A program made the position numbers and the translations under genes. 64,000 bases of DNA from Eukaryota sp. TZLM1-RC. Taxonomy: Eukaryota > Protista > Metamonada: BaSk clade. How positions within the stretch are numbered: position 1 is the stretch's first letter; the number at the start of each line of letters is the position of its first letter. The stretch lies in NCBI GenBank assembly GCA_040285825.1, contig JAUPSS010000007.1:3140141-3204140 (forward strand). The letters run 5' to 3'. The notes under the pieces are model-generated. The model did not search any database. It worked only from the letters and a program-made list of their open reading frames with translations, and was not told the DNA's origin. Below, one piece after another: positions 39,601 through 53,900 of the stretch.

Positions 39601-42600
39601 ATCAAACTTTGTGTGAAATTGTGTGTTAGTAATGTTGGCTATGTGTTGCTTGATCAGTACAAACTCATGATTACATTTTCAAATGATTTTGTATATATTT
39701 GAATTAATTGAGTGTATTAATTTTTAAACATTAAATTGTAAAAAAGTAAAAAATCAAAAGTATACAATTGAATGTTGTAAACTAATAAAACAATTGCTGT
39801 AAGTGTAAGAGTATCGTTTTGATACGATTTACTGAGGCTCATATGAAGTTCCTAGTTTCGTATATTGACCAATGGTTGTTTATTACAATCATTGGTCAAA
39901 TCTTAAAGTCCATTTTGGGACAATTAATATAACAATTGTGGTGTTAAAGTCCGTGCTATGGTCATTTGATTAGTCATTGGTATGATTGGTTGAATGGTCA
40001 TTGGTATGATTAGATGAGTTGCATGTAGTCTTTATGTACTAGATGTGATCAACTTGTGATCAAACTTTGTGTGAAATTGTGTGTTAGTAATGTTGGCTAT
40101 GTGTTGCTTGATCAGTACAAACTCATGATTACATTTTCAAATGATTTTGTATATATTTGAATTAATTGAGTGTATTAATTTTTAAACATTAAATTGTAAA
40201 AAAAGTAAAAAATCAAAAGTATACAATTGAATGTTGTAAACTAATAAAACAATTGCTGTAAGTGTAAGAGTATCGTTTTGATACGATTTACTGAGGCTCA
40301 TATGAAGTTCCTAGTTTCGTATATTGACCAATGGTTGTTTATTACAATCATTGGTCAAATCTAAAATCCATTTTGGGACAATTAATATAACAATTGTGGT
40401 GTTAAAGTCCGTGCTATGGTCATTTGATTAGTCATTGGTATGATTGGTTGAATGGTCATTGGTATGATTAGATGAGTTGCATGTAGTCTTTATGTACTAG
40501 ATGTGATCAACTTGTGATCAAACTTTGTGTGAAATTGTGTGTTAGTAATGTTGGCTATGTGTTACTTGATCAGTACAAACTCATGATTACATTTTCAAAT
40601 GATTTTGTATATATTTGAATTAATTGAGTGTATTAATTTTTAAACATTAAATTGTAAAAAAAGTAAAAAATCAAAAAGTATACAATTGAATGTTGTAAAC
40701 TAATAAAACAATTGCTGTAAGTGTAAGAGTATCGTTTTTGATACGATTTACTGAGAGCTCATATGAAGTTCCTAGTTTCGTATATTGACCAATGGTTGTT
40801 TATTACAATCATTGGTCAAATCTTTAAAGTCCATTTTGGGACAATTAATATAACAATTGTGGTGTTAAAGTCCATTGCTATGGTCATTTGAGTAGTCATT
40901 GGTATGATTGGTTGAATGGTCATTGGTATGATTAGATGAGTTGCATGTAGTCTTTATGTACTAGATGTGATCAACTTGTGATCAAACTTTGTGTGAAATT
41001 GTGTGTTAGTAATGTTGGCTATGTGTTGCTTGATCAGTACAAACTCATGATTACATTTTCAAATGATTTTGTATATATTTGAATTAATTGAGTGTATTAA
41101 TTTTTAAACATTAAATTGTAAAAAAGTAAAAAATCAAAAAGTATACAATTGAATGTTGTAAACTAATAAAACAATTGCTGTAAGTGTAAGAGTATCGTTT
41201 TTGATACGATTTACTGAGAGCTCATATGAAGTTCCTAGTTTCGTATATTGACCAATGGTTGTTTATTACAATCATTGGTCAAATCTTAAAGTCCATTTTG
41301 GGACAATTAATATAACAATTGTGGTGTTAAAGTCCGTGCTATGGTCATTTGATTAGTCATTGGTATGATTGGTTGAATGGTCATTGGTATGATTAGATGA
41401 GTTGCATGTAGTCTTTATGTACTAGATGTGATCAACTTGTGATCAAACTTTGTGTGAAATTGTGTGTTAGTAATGTTGGCTATGTGTTGCTTGATCAGTA
41501 CAAACTCATGATTACATTTTCAAATGATTTTGTATATATTTGAATTAATTGAGTGTATTAATTTTTAAACATTAAATTGTAAAAAAGTAAAAAATCAAAA
41601 AGTATACAATTGAATGTTGTAAACTAATAAAACAATTGCTGTAAGTGTAAGAGTATCGTTTTGATACGATTTACTGAGAGCTCATATGAAGTTCCTAGTT
41701 TCGTATATTGACCAATGGTTGTTTATTACAATCATTGGTCAAATCTTAAAGTCCATTTTGGGACAATTAATATAACAATTGTGGTGTTAAAGTCCGTGCT
41801 ATGGTCATTTGATTAGTCATTGGTATGATTGGTTGAATGGTCATTGGTATGATTAGATGAGTTGCATGTAGTCTTTATGTACTAGATGTGATCAACTTGT
41901 GATCAAACTTTGTGTGAAATTGTGTGTTAGTAATGTTGGCTATGTGTTGCTTGATCAGTACAAACTCATGATTACATTTTCAAATGATTTTGTATATATT
42001 TGGATTAATTGGGTGTATTAATTTTTAAACATTAAATTGTAAAAAAGTAAAAAATCAAAAGTATACAATTGAATGTTGTAAACTAATAAAACAATTGCTG
42101 TAAGTGTAAGAGTATCGTTTTGATACGATTTACTGAGGCTCATATGAAGTTCCTAGTTTCGTATATTGACCAATGGTTGTTTATTACAATCATTGGTCAA
42201 ATCTTTAAAGTCCATTTTGGGACAATTAATATAACAATTGTGGTGTTAAAGTCCGTGCTATGGTCATTTGATTAGTCATTGGTATGATTGGTTGAATGGT
42301 CATTGGTATGATTAGATGAGTTGCATGTAGTCTTTATGTACTAGATGTGATCAACTTGTGATCAAACTTTGTGTGAAATTGTGTGTTAGTAATGTTGGCT
42401 ATGTGTTGCTTGATCAGTACAAACTCATGATTACATTTTCAAATGATTTTGTATATATTTGAATTAATTGAGTGTATTAATTTTTAAACATTAAATTGTA
42501 AAAAAGTAAAAAATCAAAAGTATACAATTGAATGTTGTAAACTAATAAAACAATTGCTGTAAGTGTAAGAGTATCGTTTTTGATACGATTTACTGAGAGC

Positions 42601-45600
42601 TCATATGAAGTTCCTAGTTTCGTATATTGACCAATGGTTGTTTATTACAATCATTGGTCAAATCTTCAAAATCCATTTTGGGACAATTAATATAACAATT
42701 GTGGTGTTAAAGTCCGTGCTATGGTCATTTGATTAGTCATTGGTATGATTGGTTGAATGGTCATTGGTATGATTAGATGAGTTGCATGTAGTCTTTATGT
42801 ACTAGATGTGATCAACTTGTGATCAAACTTTGTGTGAAATTGTGTGTTAGTAATGTTGGCTATGTGTTACTTGATCAGTACAAACTCATGATTACATTTT
42901 CAAATGATTTTGTATATATTTGAATTAATTGGGTGTATTAATTTTTAAACATTAAATTGTAAAAAAGTAAAAAATCAAAAGTATACAATTGAATGTTGTA
43001 AACTAATAAAACAATTGCTGTAAGTGTAAGAGTATCGTTTTGATACGATTTACTGAGAGCTCATATGAAGTTCCTAGTTTCGTATATTGACCAATGGTTG
43101 TTTATTACAATCATTGGTCAAATCTTAAAGTCCATTTTGGGACAATTAATATAACAATTGTGGTGTTAAAGTCCGTGCTATGGTCATTTGATTAGTCATT
43201 GGTATGATTGGTTGAATGGTCATTGGTATGATTAGATGAGTTGCATGTAGTCTTTATGTACTAGATGTGATCAACTTGTGATCAAACTTTGTGTGAAATT
43301 GTGTGTTAGTAATGTTGGCTATGTGTTACTTGATCAGTACAAACTCATGATTACATTTTCAAATGATTTTGTATATATTTGAATTAATTGAGTGTATTAA
43401 TTTTTAAACATTAAATTGTAAAAAAGTAAAAAATCAAAAAGTATACAATTGAATGTTGTAAACTAATAAAACAATTGCTGTAAGTGTAAGAGTATCGTTT
43501 TTGATACGATTTACTGAGAGCTCATATGAAGTTCCTAGTTTCGTATATTGACCAATGGTTGTTTATTACAATCATTGGTCAAATCTTCAAAATCCATTTT
43601 GGGACAATTAATATAACAATTGTGGTGTTAAAGTCCGTGCTATGGTCATTTGATTAGTCATTGGTATGATTGGTTGAATGGTCATTGGTATGATTAGATG
43701 AGTTGCATGTAGTCTTTATGTACTAGATGTGATCAACTTGTGATCAAACTTTGTGTGAAATTGTGTGTTAGTAATGTTGGCTATGTGTTGCTTGATCGGT
43801 ACAAACTCATGATTACATTTTCAAATGATTTTGTATATATTTGAATTAATTGGGTGTATTAATTTTTAAACATTAAATTGTAAAAAAGTAAAAAATCAAA
43901 AAGTATACAATTGAATGTTGTAAACTAATAAAACAATTGCTGTAAGTGTAAGAGTATCGTTTTTGATACGATTTACTGAGAGCTCATATGAAGTTCCTAG
44001 TTTCGTATATTGACCAATGGTTGTTTATTACAATCATTGGTCAAATCTTTAAAGTCCATTTTGGGACAATTAATATAACAATTGTGGTGTTAAAGTCCGT
44101 GCTATGGTCATTTGAGTAGTCATTGGTATGATTGGTTGAATGGTCATTGGTATGATTAGATGAGTTGCATGTAGTCTTTATGTACTAGATGTGATCAACT
44201 TGTGATCAAACTTTGTGTGAAATTGTGTGTTAGTAATGTTGGCTATGTGTTGCTTGATCAGTACAAACTCATGATTACATTTTCAAATGATTTTGTATAT
44301 ATTTGAATTAATTGAGTGTATTAATTTTTAAACATTAAATTGTAAAAAAGTAAAAAATCAAAAAGTATACAATTGAATGTTGTAAACTAATAAAACAATT
44401 GCTGTAAGTGTAAGAGTATCGTTTTGATACGATTTACTGAGAGCTCATATGAAGTTCCTAGTTTCGTATATTGACCAATGGTTGTTTATTACAATCATTG
44501 GTCAAATCTTTAAAGTCCATTTTGGGACAATTAATATAACAATTGTGGTGTTAAAGTCCGTGCTATGGTCATTTGATTAGTCATTGGTATGATTGGTTGA
44601 ATGGTCATTGGTATGATTAGATGAGTTGCATGTAGTCTTTATGTACTAGATGTGATCAACTTGTGATCAAACTTTGTGTGAAATTGTGTGTTAGTAATGT
44701 TGGCTATGTGTTGCTTGATCAGTACAAACTCATGATTACATTTTCAAATGATTTTGTATATATTTGAATTAATTGAGTGTATTAATTTTTAAACATTAAA
44801 TTGTAAAAAAAGTAAAAAAATCAAAAAGTATACAATTGAATGTTGTAAACTAATAAAACAATTGCTGTAAGTGTAAGAGTATCGTTTTTGATACGATTTA
44901 CTGAGAGCTCATATGAAGTTCCTAGTTTCGTATATTGACCAATGGTTGTTTATTACAATCATTGGTCAAATCTTTAAAGTCCATTTTGGGACAATTAATA
45001 TAACAATTGTGGTGTTAAAGTCCGTGCTATGGTCATTTGAGTTAGTCATTGGTATGATTGGTTGAATGGTCATTGGTATGATTAGATGAGTTGCATGTAG
45101 TCTTTATGTACTAGATGTGATCAACTTGTGATCAAACTTTGTGTGAAATTGTGTGTTAGTAATGTTGGCTATGTGTTACTTGATCAGTACAAACTCATGA
45201 TTACATTTTCAAATGATTTTGTATATATTTGAATTAATTGAGTGTATTAATTTTTAAACATTAAATTGTAAAAAAAGTAAAAAAATCAAAAAGTATACAA
45301 TTGAATGTTGTAAACTAATAAAACAATTGCTGTAAGTGTAAGAGTATCGTTTTTGATACGATTTACTGAGAGCTCATATGAAGTTCCTAGTTTCGTATAT
45401 TGACCAATGGTTGTTTATTACAATCATTGGTCAAATCTAAAATCCATTTGGGACAATTAATATAACAATTGTGGTGTTAAAGTCCGTGCTATGGTCATTT
45501 GAGTAGTCATTGGTATGATTGGTTGAATGGTCATTGGTATGATTAGATGAGTTGCATGTAGTCTTTATGTACTAGATGTGATCAACTTGTGATCAAACTT

Positions 45601-48600
45601 TGTGTGAAATTGTGTGTTAGTAATGTTGGCTATGTGTTACTTGATCAGTACAAACTCATGATTACATTTTCAAATGATTTTGTATATATTTGAATTAATT
45701 GAGTGTATTAATTTTTAAACATTAAATTGTAAAAAAAGTAAAAAAATCAAAAAGTATACAATTGAATGTTGTAAACTAATAAAACAATTGCTGTAAGTGT
45801 AAGAGTATCGTTTTGATACGATTTACTGAGGCTCATATGAAGTTCCTAGTTTCGTATATTGACCAATGGTTGTTTATTACAATCATTGGTCAAATCTTTA
45901 AAGTCCATTTTGGGACAATTAATATAACAATTGTGGTGTTAAAGTCCGTGCTATGGTCATTTGAGTAGTCGTTGGTATGATTGGTTGAATGGTCATTGGT
46001 ATGATTAGATGAGTTGCATGTAGTCTTTATGTACTAGATGTGATCAACTTGTGATCAAACTTTGTGTGAAATTGTGTGTGAGTAATGTTGGCTATGTGTT
46101 ACTTGATCAGTACAAACTCATGATTACATTTTCAAATGATTTTGTATATATTTGAATTAATTGAGTGTATTAATTTTTAAACATTAAATTGTAAAAAAAG
46201 TAAAAAAATCAAAAAGTATACAATTGAATGTTGTAAACTAATAAAACAATTGCTGTAAGTGTAAGAGTATCGTTTTGATACGATTCACTGAGGCTCATAT
46301 GAAGTTCCTAGTTTCGTATATTGACCAATGGTTGTTTATTACAATCATTGGTCAAATCTTAAAGTCCATTTTGGGACAATTAATATAACAATTGTGGTGT
46401 TAAAGTCCGTGCTATGGTCATTTGAGTAGTCGTTGGTATGATTGGTTGAATGGTCATTGGTATGATTAGATGAGTTGCATGTAGTCTTTATGTACTAGAT
46501 GTGATCAACTTGTGATCAAACTTTGTGTGAAATTGTGTGTGAGTAATGTTGGCTATGTGTTACTTGATCAGTACAAACTCATGATTACATTTTCAAATGA
46601 TTTTGTATATATTTGAATTAATTGAGTGTATTAATTTTTAAACATTAAATTGTAAAAAAAGTAAAAAAATCAAAAAGTATACAATTGAATGTTGTAAACT
46701 AATAAAACAATTGCTGTAAGTGTAAGAGTATCGTTTTTGATACGATTTACTGAGGCTCATATGAAGTTCCTAGTTTCGTATATTGACCAATGGTTGTTTA
46801 TTACAATCATTGGTCAAATCTTTAAAGTCCATTTTGGGACAATTAATATAACAATTGTGGTGTTAAAGTCCGTGCTATGGTCATTTGAGTAGTCGTTGGT
46901 ATGATTGGTTGAATGGTCATTGGTATGATTAGATGAGTTGCATGTAGTCTTTATGTACTAGATGTGATCAACTTGTGATCAAACTTTGTGTGAAATTGTG
47001 TGTTAGTAATGTTGGCTATGTGTTACTTGATCAGTACAAACTCATGATTACATTTTCAAATGATTTTGTATATATTTGAATTAATTGAGTGTATTAATTT
47101 TTAAACATTAAATTGTAAAAAAAGTAAAAAAATCAAAAAGTATACAATTGAATGTTGTAAACTAATAAAACAATTGCTGTAAGTGTAAGAGTATCGTTTT
47201 TGATACGATTTACTGAGGCTCATATGAAGTTCCTAGTTTCGTATATTGACCAATGGTTGTTTATTACAATCATTGGTCAAATCTTTAAAGTCCATTTTGG
47301 GACAACTAATATAACAATTGTGGTGTTAAAGTCCGTGCTATGGTCATTTGAGTAGTCGTTGGTATGATTGGTTGAATGGTCATTGGTATGATTAGATGAG
47401 TTGCATGTAGTCTTTATGTACTAGATGTGATCAACTTGTGATCAAACTTTGTGTGAAATTGTGTGTGAGTAATGTTGGCTATGTGTTACTTGATCAGTAC
47501 AAACTCATGATTACATTTTCAAATGATTTTTGTATATATTTGAATTAATTGAGTGTATTAATTTTTAAACATTAAATTGTAAAAAAAGTAAAAAAATCAA
47601 AAAAGTATACAATTGAATGTTGTAAACTAATAAAACAATTGCTGTAAGTGTAAGAGTATCGTTTTTGATACGATTTACTGAGGCTCATATGAAGTTCCTA
47701 GTTTCGTATATTGACCAATGGTTGTTTATTACAATCATTGGTCAAATCTTTAAAGTCCATTTTGGGACAATTAATATAACAATTGTGGTGTTAAAGTCCG
47801 TGCTATGGTCATTTGAGTAGTCGTTGGTATGATTGGTTGAATGGTCATTGGTATGATTAGATGAGTTGCATGTAGTCTTTATGTACTAGATGTGATCAAC
47901 TTGTGATCAAACTTTGTGTGAAATTGTGTGTGAGTAATGTTGGCTATGTGTTACTTGATCAGTACAAACTCATGATTACATTTTCAATTGATTTTGTATA
48001 TATTTGAATTAATTGAGTTTATTAATTTTTAAACATTAAATTGTAAAAAAATAAAAAATCAAAAAGTATACAATTGAATGTTGTAAACTAATAAAACAAT
48101 TGCTGTAAGTGTAAGAGTATCGTTTTTGATACGATTTACTGAGGCTCATATGAAGTTCCTAGTTTCGTATATTGACCAATGGTTGTTTATTACAATCATT
48201 GGTCAAATCTTGAAAGTCCATTTTGGGACAATTAATATAACAATTGTGGTGTTAAAGTCCTTGCTATGGTCATGTGAGTAGTCATTGGTATGATTGGTTG
48301 AATGGTCATTGGTATGATTAGATGAGTTGCATGTGATCCTTATGTACTAGATGTGATCAACTTGTGATCAAACTTTGTGTGAAATTGTGTGTTAGTAATG
48401 TTGGCTATGTGTTACTTGATCAGTACAAACTCATGATTACATTTTCAAATGATTTTGTATATATTTGAATTAATTGAGTGTATTAATTTTTAAACATTAA
48501 ATTGTAAAAAAAGTAAAAAATCAAAAAGTATACGATTGAATGTTGTAAACTAATAAAACAATTGCTGTAAGTGTAAGAGTATCGTTTTTGATACGATTTA

Positions 48601-50932
48601 CTGAGGCTCATATGAAGTTCCTAGTTTCGTATATTGACCAATGGTTGTTTATTACAATCATTGGTCAAATCTTTAAAGTCCATTTTGGGACAATTAATAT
48701 AACAATTGTGGTGTTAAAGTCCGTGCTATGGTCATTTGAGTAGTCGTTGGTATGATTGGTTGAATGGTCATTGGTATGATTAGATGAGTTGCATGTAGTC
48801 TTTATGTACTAGATGTGATCAACTTGTGATCAAACTTTGTGTGAAATTGTGTGTGAGTAATGTTGGCTATGTGTTACTTGATCAGTACAAACTCATGATT
48901 TGATTTTCAATTGATTTTGTATATATTTGAATTAATTGAGTTTATTAATTTTTAAACATTAAATTGTAAAAAAAATAAAAAATCAAAAAGTATACAATTG
49001 AATGTTGTAAACTAATAAAACAATTGCTGTAAGTGTAAGAGTATCGTTTTTGATACGATTTACTGAGGCTCATATGAAGTTCCTAGTTTCGTATATTGAC
49101 CAATGGTTGTTTATTACAATCATTGGTCAAATCTTTAAAGTCCATTTTGGGACAATTAATATAACAATTGTGGTGTTAAAGTCCTTGCTATGGTCATTTG
49201 AGTAGTCATTGGTATGATTGGTTGAATGGTCATTGGTATGATTAGATGAGTTGCATGTGATCCTTATGTACTAGATGTGATCAACTTGTGATCAAACTTT
49301 GTGTGAAATTGTGTGTTAGTAATGTTGGCTATGTGTTACTTGATCAGTACAAACTCATGATTACATTTTCAAATGATTTTGTATATATTTGAATTAATTG
49401 AGTGTATTAATTTTTAAACATTAAATTGTAAAAAAAGTAGAAAATCAAAAAGTATACAATTGAATGTTGTAAACTAATAAAACAATTGCTGTAAGTGTAA
49501 GAGTATCGTTTTTGATACGATTTACTGAGGCTCATATGAAGTTCCTAGTTTCGTATATTGACCAATGGTTGTTTATTACAATCATTGGTCAAATCTTTAA
49601 AGTCCATTTTGGGACAATTAATATAACAATTGTGGTGTTAAAGTCCGTGCTATGGTCATTTGAGTAGTCGTTGGTATGATTGGTTGAATGGTCATTGGTA
49701 TGATTAGATGAGTTGCATGTAGTCTTTATGTACTAGATGTGATCAACTTGTGATCAAACTTTGTGTGAAATTGTGTGTGAGTAATGTTGGCTATGTGTTA
49801 CTTGATCAGTACAAACTCATGATTACATTTTCAAATGATTTTGTATATATTTGAATTAATTGAGTGTATTAATTTTTAAACATTAAATTGTAAAAAAAGT
49901 AAAAAATCAAAAAGTATACAATTGAATGTTGTAAACTAATAAAACAATTGCTGTAAGTGTAAGAGTATCGTTTTTGATACGATTTACTGAGGCTCATATG
50001 AAGTTCCTAGTTTCGTATATTGACCAATGGTTGTTTATTACAATCATTGGTCAAATCTTTAAAGTCCATTTTGGGACAATTAATATAACAATTGTGGTGT
50101 TAAAGTCCGTGCTATGGTCATTTGAGTAGTCGTTGGTATGATTGGTTGAATGGTCATTGGTATGATTAGATGAGTTGCATGTGATCCTTATGTACTAGAT
50201 GTGATCAACTTGTGATCAAACTTTGTGTGAAATTGTGTGTTAGTAATGTTGGCTATGTGTTACTTGATCAGTACAAACTCATGATTACATTTTCAAATGA
50301 TTTTGTATATATTTGAATTAATTGAGTGTATTAATTTTTAAACATTAAATTGTAAAAAAGTAAAAAATCAAAAAGTATACAATTGAATGTTGTAAACTAA
50401 TAAAACAATTGCTGTAAGTGTAAGAGTATCGTTTTTGATACGATTTACTGAGGCTCATATGAAGTTCCTAGTTTCGTATATTGACCAATGGTTGTTTATT
50501 ACAATCATTGGTCAAATCTTTAAAGTCCATTTTGGGACAATTAATATAACAATTGTGGTGTTAAAGTCCGTGCTATGGTCATTTGAGTAGTCGTTGGTAT
50601 GATTGGTTGAATGGTCATTGGTATGATTAGATGAGTTGCATGTGATCCTTATGTACTAGATGTGATCAACTTGTGATCAAACTTTGTGTGAAATTGTGTG
50701 TTAGTAATGTTGGCTATGTGTTACTTGATCAGTACAAACTCATGATTACATTTTCAAATGATTTTGTATATATTTGAATTAATTGAGTGTATTAATTTTT
50801 AAACATTAAATTGTAAAAAAAGTAAAAAATCAAAAAGTATACAATTGAATGTTGTAAACTAATAAAACAATTGCTGTAAGTGTAAGAGTATCGTTTTTGA
50901 TACGATTTACTGAGGCTCATATGAAGTTCCTA
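18540..50932 (+). repeat. Tandem satellite block 3, ~70 units of ~462 bp
   Basis: Continuous array starting inside the 28S 3' end (18540, next unit 19001). It ends at ...ATGAAGTTCCTA (50932). Confidence 0.97.
18612..18646 (+). other. 15-bp stem-loop just 3' of the 28S end, present in every satellite unit; candidate 3' ETS processing or termination hairpin
   Basis: TTGACCAATGGTTGT-TTATT-ACAATCATTGGTCAA gives 14 Watson-Crick pairs and one G-U. Function is inferred from position only. Confidence 0.6.
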
Positions 50933-53900
50933 CCAAAGAATTCATTCACTTGAACTACTTGACAAGGCATTATTAGTAACTGATACTAGCGGTGCTGTAC
51001 ATAAGGTTTTGTTACAAAACAATTTACCATTTGATTACGAAACTCTTTTTGTTTATTATTCAGGTCCTATTATTGGTGGAAGCTGGTTAAACTCCTCTCA
51101 TGTCCTTTGTTATGGATTTGATGGGAAACTCATCATTTTTGATTGTCGTGATTACTGTAAGCCTACAACCATCCTTTCTGAACAATTTCATGGTAACGGG
51201 TCTTGTCTTTATTCATTTGCTGAACACTTTTCTATCCCACATCTTGCTTTAATTGGGACCACTAATGGTATTGTTCGGTTGGTTGGCGCTTCTCTAGGTG
51301 GATTCATTTTATTTTCTGCACTCAGGCCTTGTAAAGCAGCTATTACCGACATTTGTGTCAATCACTTTGATGTCTCTTCCACTCTCAGTGATGTCTATGT
51401 CGTCACTGTATCGAAAGATGGTGTTTTGTGGAAGTACTCCCTTGATATTCCTAATAATGTACTCACACCTGTTTGTATGGTGTCATTTAGCACCTTTTCA
51501 ATTAATATCACCGAGCCCCCGAAATTAGCTGCTATTAAGAATGGTTTTCTGGTCACGGTCGGTGCTGATTTTTTAATTAAAGTTTTTTGGGATGGATTTA
51601 TTCCCCCAACAACTGGGTTGGAAGGTAGTCTTAAGTTTGATATTGTTCATTTACCTAATGAGTTAGCTGGATTTTGTTTACCACCGCCCAAGCAACGTGA
51701 TTTGCTCAAGAAACGCCGAGACTTACAAGCTGAACGTTCAAAATTAATAGAAGATATGAGCCACAATTTGTCAAATGAAGGGTATTCTAAGGAAGAAATT
51801 GATGCCAAAATTGATGAGTTGGAACCTTTGGCTCTACCTAATGATGGTATCAAACACTTTGATAAGTTTCAAATTTGTGATGTCTATTTCAGCACAATTA
51901 AAGATCAAATGTTTATTACTGGTTTGGGTAATCTGACTGGAACTATTCATTGTCTAAAACTAAATGGAAATGTTTTTACAATAGTAAAGTCTTTTTTCAC
52001 CCCCAACCAAGTCCCAATTTGCCCTGGTTCCATTCATTGTTCTGACACTGTTCTTACTGCTAGTACAATTGATGGTAATATTCATTATTGGAGCTTTGAA
52101 AAATCGTTTGATGACGAATGTAGTATTGGACTGGCTTATCCACTAAGAGTATCTCGCCAATCTCACATTGAAAGTTCTTTAAGTTCTTCTAAAAATTCGT
52201 TAACCAGGGTTTCCCAATGTTCTAACTTTTTAATTTCTCTGGGTCATGATGGCTCTGTCGTTTTTTACTCTACTGATGAGACCTCTCATCCACCGTTTGA
52301 ACCCTTAAATATGCTAAGTGATACTCTTGGTGTCTACGATTTGGATGAAGCTGCTTTGACCATTGAAGAAACTTTACAACAAAAAAGTTTATCTCAACGT
52401 GAGGAATTGGCAAGTAAACGGCAATCTATAATGAGAGCAAAAATTAACCAATTAAAAATGGAATTCAGTAGATTACTCAAAAAAAATTACCGTAAATCTA
52501 CAGAAAATCAGCTGAGTAGAAATGAATTTTATTTTGACCAGGATTTGTTTGAATTTGTTGAAAACGATTTACTGAACAGAAAACAAAGTCTTGTTAGTGA
52601 AAAACAGGATGAAATTATTTCAACTGAACAACAAGTTTCAAAGTTGAAACATTTTCTTCAGTTTTACATTGATAATTTAAAAGTTTCTGTGTTTTCGTTT
52701 GACCAATCTAGTTCGGTTTCCACAATCTCTTTGTCTCAATCATTTGATTACGGTTTCCTTTGTCATTTTGAAAACTCAATGATGTCTTCTCTAGATTTTG
52801 ATGTGGTTACTGTTCATTTTCAACATTCACAACCTCAGGAAAATGATACTGAGTGTTCAATTGTTATAAATGAGCCAGCCAGTAGCTCTTCTTCTGTAGC
52901 ACATCGACGTTTACCTTCGAAAGTAACTTCATTAGGTTCACCTGTTGCCAATTCTATTTCTACTGAACACACAACACACGAACGCTTAGCTGCAAGGAAG
53001 TTCCGAATGCAACAACGGCAAGAAGAGTGGTCGCAACTTTTGAAATTAAAGCCCGCTAATGATTGCAATGATCCAGCAGACATGGAGCTTATCAGCAAAG
53101 CTAAAAACGATATCGGAGTTTTTTCCTTAAAAGAAAGTAATGGTTTTGTGGTCCCTAATGAACTACGTATCGACACGCAGACAAAACAGCTTGAGTTGGC
53201 GGTGGCTTTGAGAACCTATCTTATTATTGTAAAAAACTTCAACAAGAAGGTAAGTCAACTTCGAGATGAAAAGATTGCTATAGTTAGGGGCATCAAACAC
53301 CGTAGAAACCAAGTCAAAAGTTTACTGTCAATGATTGATGAATCTATTGACGATCTGATTGATGTTCCAGTATTAACCATGGAAGAACAGCCTGAGCTTT
53401 TGTTCAAGATAAATGATCAAATGTTGCATAAATTCAAGAAGTTTAAGGAGTTCAGCAAAGAGAGTCAAGAATCTAGTGGCTTTGGAGGTTTAAAAAAGGT
53501 AGAAGAAGGTCAAGACACTTTAGAGGATGTTTTATTCAATTTACACGACTCTAGTGATGAAGAGATTACCCTAGAAAATGACAAATGTCGTTATTCTGGC
53601 TTGGGCTTAAATAAGTTTAGAAGTCAACTCATTAAGAAAAAGTACCTAGATAAAATTCATCAAATTAATGCAAAAGATGAACAAATCCGTGCTGCTTTCT
53701 TAAACAAATTTAATTCTCTTTGTACCGAAAGAATTGAGAAGTGTTATCTTATTGCTCAGTTAAAATTAAGGCTAACTATTCTTGGCCAGGAATTTTCTCT
53801 TGTAAAGAATTTTGAAGATCAAGAATTTAAAATACGAGAGAAAATTTCTGTCAAGCTCGAGCAGCAATCGAGAATTCAACAAGATGTGGCAAAGTTTGAA

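Noticed and set aside
18540-45900. Hypervariable spots (GAGGCTC/GAGAGCTC, AAATCT..AAAGTCC, A/T run lengths) as programmed diversification
   Set aside because: They sit in homopolymers or directly after a strong hairpin and vary erratically, as expected for long-read consensus error.
1-50932. CRISPR-like or spacer-acquiring array next to an RT
   Set aside because: Units are near-identical along their whole length, with no unique spacers and no cas genes, and the context is eukaryotic.
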